Origin: an uncultured Holophagales bacterium | GTDB lineage: Bacteria > Acidobacteriota > Thermoanaerobaculia > Multivoradales > UBA5704 | Length of the DNA: 64,000 nucleotides | Assembly (NCBI GenBank): GCA_963842525.1 | Contig: CAWJGT010000003.1 | Location: forward strand, 416,001-480,000 | Reading direction: 5' to 3' | Shown here: one piece after another, positions 58,342-64,000 of the stretch | Layout: each line of letters opens with the position of its first letter | Position numbering within the stretch: the first letter of the stretch is position 1 | The notes under the pieces: model-generated | Told to the model about the DNA's origin: nothing | Databases searched by the model: none | What the model saw: only the letters and a program-made list of their open reading frames with translations | Program-made: the position numbers and the translations under genes

Positions 58342-61300
58342 ACGGCCCGATTCGGGTCGAGGACCTCCCGCCGGAGATCCGGCGCCACCTCCTCGAGCGT
58401 CTCAAGCAAAAGCACCGTACGGGCACGGGCCGCGACGTGGAGATCCGGCCGCGTCACGCCGGCATGGCTCCTCTGCCGCTCTCCTTCTCCCAGGAGCGCC
58501 TCTGGTTCCTCGACCAGCTCGGAGCCGGGAAAAGCGCCTACAACATCTCGCTGGCGATCCGCCTGAAGGGCCGGCTCGACGCCGAGGCGTTGTGCCGGGC
58601 CCTGGAGGAGGTCATGCGGCGCCACGAGGCGCTGCGGACCACGTTCGGTCAGGAGGAGGGGGTCCCCTTCCAGACCGTGGCTCCGGCCAGCCGCCTCGAC
58701 ATACCCCGGATCGACCTGAGGGCCCTGGCCGGGCCTGCCGCGGATGGCGAGCTCCAGCGGGTGAGCTTCGCAGAGGCAGGCCGGCCGTTCGACCTCGCCC
58801 GCGGACCTCTCCTGCGCATGGCGCTGCTGCAGCTCGGTGAGCAGGAGCACGTCCTGCTGTCGATCCTGCACCACATCGTCTCCGATGGCTGGTCCCTGGG
58901 GGTGTTCATGCGGGAGATCGCGGCGCTCTACGGGGCCTTCCTCGCCGGCAGGCCGTCGCCGCTGCCCGCGCTGCCGATCCAGTATCCCGACTACGCGCTC
59001 TGGCAGCGCGAGCGGTTCCAGGGAACGCAGCTCGCCACCGAGCTCGCCTGGTGGCGCGGGCGGCTCGCCGGGCTTCCCGAGGCCCTCGACGTGCCGGCCG
59101 ACCGGCCGCGGCCCAGGGTGCAGAGCTACCGCGGCGGCAGAGTCGTCATGACTCTCGGTCCGGAGCCCACCGCAGGGTTCCTGGCTTTGGCCAACCGCAC
59201 GCGAACCACTCTGTTCATGGTCCTCCTCACCGGCTTCGATGCCCTGCTCACCCGGACCACCCGGCAGAGCGACCTGGTGGTGGCGACTCCCGTCGCCAAT
59301 CGGAACCGTCCCGTGCTCGCCGACCTGATCGGGATGTTCGTCAACAGCCTGGCCGTACGCGTCGACACGGCTGGCGACCCCACGTTTGGCGAGCTTCTCG
59401 AGCGTGTGCGCCGGGCGTTCATCGGCGACCTGGAGCACCAGGAGCTGCCCTTCGAGAGAGTCGTCGAGGAGCTGCAACCGGAGCGTGATCTCGGGAGATC
59501 GCCGATCTTCCAGGTGATGCTCGTTCTGCAGAGCGCGCCGTTGCCGCCTCTCGCGCTGTCCGGCCTGGAGCTGGAGCCCCTCCCTGTGGATAACGGGGCT
59601 GCCAAGCTCGACCTCCTGCTGAGCTTCACCGAGAGCAAGAGCACGCTGGGCTACAACATCGAGTACAGCGCCGACCTCTTCGAGGTCTCCACGGTCGCGC
59701 GGCTCGCCGGCCATCTGGCAAACCTGCTCGCCGGGGGTGCTGCGGCTCCGGACACGCGTCTCTCCGATCTCCCTCTGCTGAGCGCGGCGGAGACGGAGCA
59801 GCTCCGGGTGTGGAACGAGACCGCGGTGACGTACCCGGCGGGAGGGGCCTGTCTGCACGAGCTGGTCATGGCCCAGGTGGAGCGCACGCCGGACCTCCCG
59901 GCCGTTACCTTCGAAGGCCGGAGCCTGACCTTCCGCCAGCTCGGCGCTGCGGCAGACCGCCTGGCCGCGCAGCTCACCCGTCTGGGTGTCGGGCCCGAGG
60001 TTGCAGTGGGCGTCCTTGCCGAACGGTCTCTGGAGATGGTCGTCGCCCTCCTCGCGGTCCTCAAGGCCGGCGGCGCCTGGCTGCCGCTCGATCCGGACCA
60101 TCCGGCCGAGCGCCTCGCCTACATGCTGGCCGATTCGGGCGCACCGGTGCTGCTCGCCCAGGACCGCCTGCTCGGGTGTCTGCCCGGCCCGGGAGCGCAG
60201 GTCCTGCACCTCGACGGATGCGCCTCTGCGGAGGGGCCCGCTCCGGTCCACACCAGGGTGAATGTCCAGCCGTGGAGCCGGGCCTACATTCTCTACACCT
60301 CGGGATCGACGGGGCGCCCCAAGGGGACCATGAACACCCATCGGGGCATCGTCAACCGGCTGCTCTGGATGCAGGAGCACTTCGGGCTGACATCCGCCGA
60401 CCGGGTGCTCCAGAAGACCCCGTTCAGCTTCGACGTCTCGGTGTGGGAATTCTTCTGGCCGCTGCTGGCCGGAGCGCGGCTGGTCCTCGCCCGTCCCGGC
60501 GGCCACCGCGACCCGGCCTACCTGGTGCGGACGATCGTGGAGGAGGGGATCACCACGCTGCACTTCGTTCCCTCGATGCTCCAGCTTTTCCTGGAGGCTC
60601 CGGAGGTGGAGAGCTGCGTCTCGCTGCAGCGGGTGGTCTGCAGCGGCGAGGCGCTGCCGGCCGATCTCGAACGGCGTTTTTTCGCGCGGCTCGCGGCGGG
60701 CCTGCACAACCTCTACGGTCCGACCGAGGCGGCGGTGGACGTGACGTCCTGGGCCTGCGAGCGCGGCACGAGCCGCCGTGCCTCGGTGCCGATCGGCCGC
60801 CCGGTGGCCAACACGCAGATCTGGCTTCTCGATCCCGCTCTGCAACCGGTGCCGGTCGGCGTCCCCGGCGAGCTGCACATCGGAGGTGCTCAGCTCGGCC
60901 GCGGCTACCTGGCACGGCCGGACCTGACGGCGGCGGCGTTCATCCCGGATCCCTTCGCGGGCTCCCGGGAGCCGGGCGCACGGCTCTACAAGACCGGCGA
61001 CCTCGCCCGCTCTCTCGCGGACGGCGCGATCGACTTCCTCGGCCGTATCGACCACCAGGTCAAAGTCCGCGGCGTCCGCATCGAGCTGGGAGAGATCGAA
61101 GCGGCGCTCGCGGCCCAGCCCGGCGTGCGGGAGGCGGTGGCCGGGGTGCGCGGCGACGGCGACCTGCGGCGCCTGGTGGCCTGGGTCGTCCCCGCGGCGG
61201 GCGGGCAGGACCTGGCCGCCGGCAGCCTGCGGCAGGCCCTGGCGCAACGGCTGCCGGACACCATGATCCCCTCCGCCTTCGCGGTCCTGGAGTCGCTGCC

Positions 61301-64000
61301 GCTCTCTCCCAACGGCAAGGTCGACCGCCGCGCCCTGCCGGAGCCGGAGAGCGGCGAACCGGCGGCGCCGTCAGGCATGGCCCCGCGAACGGCGGTCGAG
61401 GAGATCGTCGCCGGCATCTGGGCCGCGGTCCTGGGCCGTTCCGGGATCGGCATGCAGGACAGCTTCTTCGACCTCGGCGGCCACTCGCTGCTCGCGACGC
61501 GCGTGCTGTCGCGGGTGCGTGCGGCATTCGGGGTCGAGCTGCCGGTGCGCGCGTTGTTCGAGAGCCCGACTGTCGAGGCGCTCGCGTCGAGGATCGAGCC
61601 CGGCCCCGCGTCCGCTCCCGCGGAGACGCCGCTGCTCCCGGCCCCGCGCCACGGCGACCCGCTCCTCTCGTTCGCCCAGGAGCGGCTCTGGTTCCTGGCC
61701 CAGCTCGAGCCCGGCAGCCCGGCCTACAACATGCCGAGCGCTCTCGCTCTACGCGGAGATCTGCGCCCGGGAGCCCTCGCCGCAGCCCTGGACGCGGTGG
61801 TGGAGCGCCACGAGGTGCTGCGCACGACGTTTGCCGCCAGCCCGGCGGGGGTGCCGGTGCAGCGGATCGCGCCGCGCGCCTCCTGGCCGTGCCTGCGGGT
61901 CGACCTGGCGGGCCTCCCCGGGGCCGCGCGCAGCCCGGAGCTGCGCCGCTTGGCCGCCGCGGAGGCGTTGCGGCCGTTCGACCTCGCGCGCGGGCCGCTG
62001 GTGCGCGGCACCCTCCTGCGGCTGGCCGAGGCCGAGCACGCCGTCCTGCTCACGCTCCACCACTCCGTCTGCGACGGCTGGTCGATCGGTCTGCTGGTGC
62101 GGGAGGTGGCGACTCTCTATGACGCCTTCGTCACGGGCCGGCCTTCGCCGCTGCCGCCGCTGCCGGTGCAGTATGCCGACTTTGCCGTGTGGCAACGGAC
62201 CTGGCTGCGGGGCGAGGTGCTGGAGGCGCAGCTCGCCTTCTGGCGCAATGCCCTGGCGGGTGCGCCAGGGGTGCTCGAGCTGCCGGCGGACCGGCCGCGG
62301 CCGGCCGTCCCCAGCGGCCGGGGCGGCACCAGGGTGGAGCGGCTGGGACCGGAGCTGGCCTCGGGTCTCGCGGCGCTCGGGCGCCGCGAGGGGATCACGC
62401 TCTTCATGACGCTTTTCGCCGCCTGGAACGCCCTGCTGTTCCGGACCGCCGAGCAGACCGACCTCGTGGTCGGGACGCCGATCGCCAACCGCAACCGGGT
62501 AGAGATCGAGGAGCTGATCGGGTTCTTCACCAATACCCTGGCCCTGCGTACCCGGCTGGCGCCCGGAACGAGCTTCCTGGAGCTCGCGCGCAACGTCCGC
62601 GACGTTGCGCTCCAGGCCTATGCCCACCAGGACCTGCCCTTCGAGCGCCTGGTCGAGGAGCTGGCTCCGGAGCGCTCGCTGGCCCATACGCCGCTCTTCC
62701 AGGTGCTGTTCGCCTTGCAGAACCTGCCGGCCGGCGGCCTCGCCCTGCCGGACCTCACCCTGTCAGCCCTGGACCTCGGGGGGCGGACGGCGAAGTTCGA
62801 TCTCAGCCTCTTCCTTGGCGAAGCGGGCGACGGCCTCTCCGCTGCTCTCGAATACGCCGCCGATCTGTTCGACGCGGTCACGGCGAGCCGGCTGCTGGAG
62901 CGTTTCCGGACGCTGCTGAAAGGAGCAGTGGCCGATCCGGAGCGCAGCCTGGCTGAGCTGCCGCTTCTGCCCGCGGCCGAGCGCCATCAGCTCCTCGCCG
63001 AATGGAACGACGTCGCCGCCTTGGAGGGCTCCCCCTGCGTCCACCACCTCGTCGAAGCGCAGGCGCGGCGCACGCCGGAGGCGACCGCGGTCCTGGCAGC
63101 CGACGGCACGGAGCTCTCCTACGGAGACCTCGACCGGCGGGCGGACCGGCTGGCGCGCCGGCTGTGCGAGCTGGGCGTACGGCCCGACGACCGCGTCGGC
63201 GTCTGCCTGGAGCGGAGCTGGGAGGGGGTGACGGCCCTGCTTGCCGTGCTCAAGGCGGGGGGCTGCTACCTGCCGCTCGATCCGGCCTATCCCCAGGAGC
63301 GTCTGGCCTTCATGCTGGCCGATGCCGTGGCGCCGGTGATTGTCACCCGCGACCGGCTGGCCGCAGCTCTGCCGGCCCATGGGGCGCACGTGCTGTCTCT
63401 CGACGGCGGCTGGCCCGGGGAGGGAAGTGGAGTCCTCCCCACGGTCGGCCCGGACCACCTGTCCTACATCATCTATACCTCCGGCTCGACGGGTCGGCCC
63501 AAGGGCGTGGCCCTGCCGCATCGCACGCTGGCTAACCTCATTGCCTGGCAGCTCAACGCCTCGGCCGTGCCGGCCGGAAGGACTCTTCAGTTTGCGTCGC
63601 CGAGCTTCGACGTCTCGGTGCAGGAGGTGTTTGCGACCTGGTCCGCGGGGGGCACGCTGGTGCTGGTGCCGGAGGAGATCCGCAGCGATGCCGAGGCCCT
63701 GCTGCATCGACTGCGCGAGGCCCGTGTCGAGCGGCTGTTCCTGCCCTTCGTCGCCCTCCAACAGCTCGCCGAGGTGGCGGCATCCGATCGTGGCGAGCTT
63801 TTCCTGCGGGAGGTCGTCACCGCGGGCGAGCAGCTCCAGATCACCCCCGAGGTGCGGGCTCTGTTCTCGCGACTGCCGGGCTGCGTGCTGCGCAACCAGT
63901 ACGGACCGTCCGAGACCCACGTAGTGACCGAGGCCTCGCTGTGGGGCGAGGTGGAGCAGTGGCCGGCGCTGCCGCCGGTCGGCCGGCCGATCGCCGCCAC
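58338..64000 (+). CDS. Second NRPS, 3'-truncated by window edge: C(LCL)-A(Ser)-T-C-A(Pro-like, partial)
   Basis: Absent from the ORF track because there is no stop in the window. RBS AAGGAGG at 58325-58331 and ATG 58338 give MNGPIRVEDLPPEIRRHLLERLKQK...[16 protein letters not shown] motif HHIVSDGWS, A code DVWHVSLVDK (Ser), T GGHSL, C motif HHSVCDGWS, A code DVQFVAQVVK (Pro/pipecolate-like). Confidence 0.92.
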   Translation, partial: MNGPIRVEDLPPEIRRHLLERLKQKHRTGTGRDVEIRPRHAGMAPLPLSFSQERLWFLDQLGAGKSAYNISLAIRLKGRLDAEALCRALEEVMRRHEALRTTFGQEEGVPFQTVAPASRLDIPRIDLRALAGPAADGELQRVSFAEAGRPFDLARGPLLRMALLQLGEQEHVLLSILHHIVSDGWSLGVFMREIAALYGAFLAGRPSPLPALPIQYPDYALWQRERFQGTQLATELAWWRGRLAGLPEALDVPADRPRPRVQSYRGGRVVMTLGPEPTAGFLALANRTRTTLFMVLLTGFDALLTRTTRQSDLVVATPVANRNRPVLADLIGMFVNSLAVRVDTAGDPTFGELLERVRRAFIGDLEHQELPFERVVEELQPERDLGRSPIFQVMLVLQSAPLPPLALSGLELEPLPVDNGAAKLDLLLSFTESKSTLGYNIEYSADLFEVSTVARLAGHLANLLAGGAAAPDTRLSDLPLLSAAETEQLRVWNETAVTYPAGGACLHELVMAQVERTPDLPAVTFEGRSLTFRQLGAAADRLAAQLTRLGVGPEVAVGVLAERSLEMVVALLAVLKAGGAWLPLDPDHPAERLAYMLADSGAPVLLAQDRLLGCLPGPGAQVLHLDGCASAEGPAPVHTRVNVQPWSRAYILYTSGSTGRPKGTMNTHRGIVNRLLWMQEHFGLTSADRVLQKTPFSFDVSVWEFFWPLLAGARLVLARPGGHRDPAYLVRTIVEEGITTLHFVPSMLQLFLEAPEVESCVSLQRVVCSGEALPADLERRFFARLAAGLHNLYGPTEAAVDVTSWACERGTSRRASVPIGRPVANTQIWLLDPALQPVPVGVPGELHIGGAQLGRGYLARPDLTAAAFIPDPFAGSREPGARLYKTGDLARSLADGAIDFLGRIDHQVKVRGVRIELGEIEAALAAQPGVREAVAGVRGDGDLRRLVAWVVPAAGGQDLAAGSLRQALAQRLPDTMIPSAFAVLESLPLSPNGKVDRRALPEPESGEPAAPSGMAPRTAVEEIVAGIWAAVLGRSGIGMQDSFFDLGGHSLLATRVLSRVRAAFGVELPVRALFESPTVEALASRIEPGPASAPAETPLLPAPRHGDPLLSFAQERLWFLAQLEPGSPAYNMPSALALRGDLRPGALAAALDAVVERHEVLRTTFAASPAGVPVQRIAPRASWPCLRVDLAGLPGAARSPELRRLAAAEALRPFDLARGPLVRGTLLRLAEAEHAVLLTLHHSVCDGWSIGLLVREVATLYDAFVTGRPSPLPPLPVQYADFAVWQRTWLRGEVLEAQLAFWRNALAGAPGVLELPADRPRPAVPSGRGGTRVERLGPELASGLAALGRREGITLFMTLFAAWNALLFRTAEQTDLVVGTPIANRNRVEIEELIGFFTNTLALRTRLAPGTSFLELARNVRDVALQAYAHQDLPFERLVEELAPERSLAHTPLFQVLFALQNLPAGGLALPDLTLSALDLGGRTAKFDLSLFLGEAGDGLSAALEYAADLFDAVTASRLLERFRTLLKGAVADPERSLAELPLLPAAERHQLLAEWNDVAALEGSPCVHHLVEAQARRTPEATAVLAADGTELSYGDLDRRADRLARRLCELGVRPDDRVGVCLERSWEGVTALLAVLKAGGCYLPLDPAYPQERLAFMLADAVAPVIVTRDRLAAALPAHGAHVLSLDGGWPGEGSGVLPTVGPDHLSYIIYTSGSTGRPKGVALPHRTLANLIAWQLNASAVPAGRTLQFASPSFDVSVQEVFATWSAGGTLVLVPEEIRSDAEALLHRLREARVERLFLPFVALQQLAEVAASDRGELFLREVVTAGEQLQITPEVRALFSRLPGCVLRNQYGPSETHVVTEASLWGEVEQWPALPPVGRPIAA

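Overview
Very GC-rich bacterial DNA. The neighbouring gene families (duplicated orphan permease, ECF sigma/anti-sigma/HEAT operon, CRTAC1/ASPIC-UnbV protein) suggest Acidobacteriota; this is inference. Positions 1-47374 (+) are the 3' part of a large hybrid NRPS/PKS assembly line of six tightly coupled genes ending in a thioesterase. Hand-read A-domain codes give the predicted order ...(Glu-like?)-Dab-Gly-malonyl(no KR)-Cys(thiazoline)-Asn(I domain)-Gly-D-Thr-Asn(I domain)-D-Asn-[A-less C-T module]-Cys(thiazole, Ox)-Cys-like-TE. Two of these genes each carry an apparent +1 frameshift (~15020, ~18819). The most unusual feature is two interface (I) domain modules but only one SyrP/TauD-type beta-hydroxylase. 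That hydroxylase is fused to an NRPS C-terminus yet has its own internal RBS and ATG. Its N-terminal [10 protein letters not shown] peptide recurs (RFKAVKPKAV) at the extreme C-terminus of the subunit preceding the second I domain. Next come a convergent (-) operon (ECF sigma, zinc anti-sigma, two HEAT proteins, duplicated permease) and a divergent (+) pair (multiheme cytochrome c-TPR, CRTAC1/ASPIC-UnbV). These are followed by an ~440 bp tandem array of 21-bp palindromes, a short orphan ORF and a second NRPS (Ser, Pro-like modules) that runs off the window end. All domain boundaries and substrate calls were read by eye.
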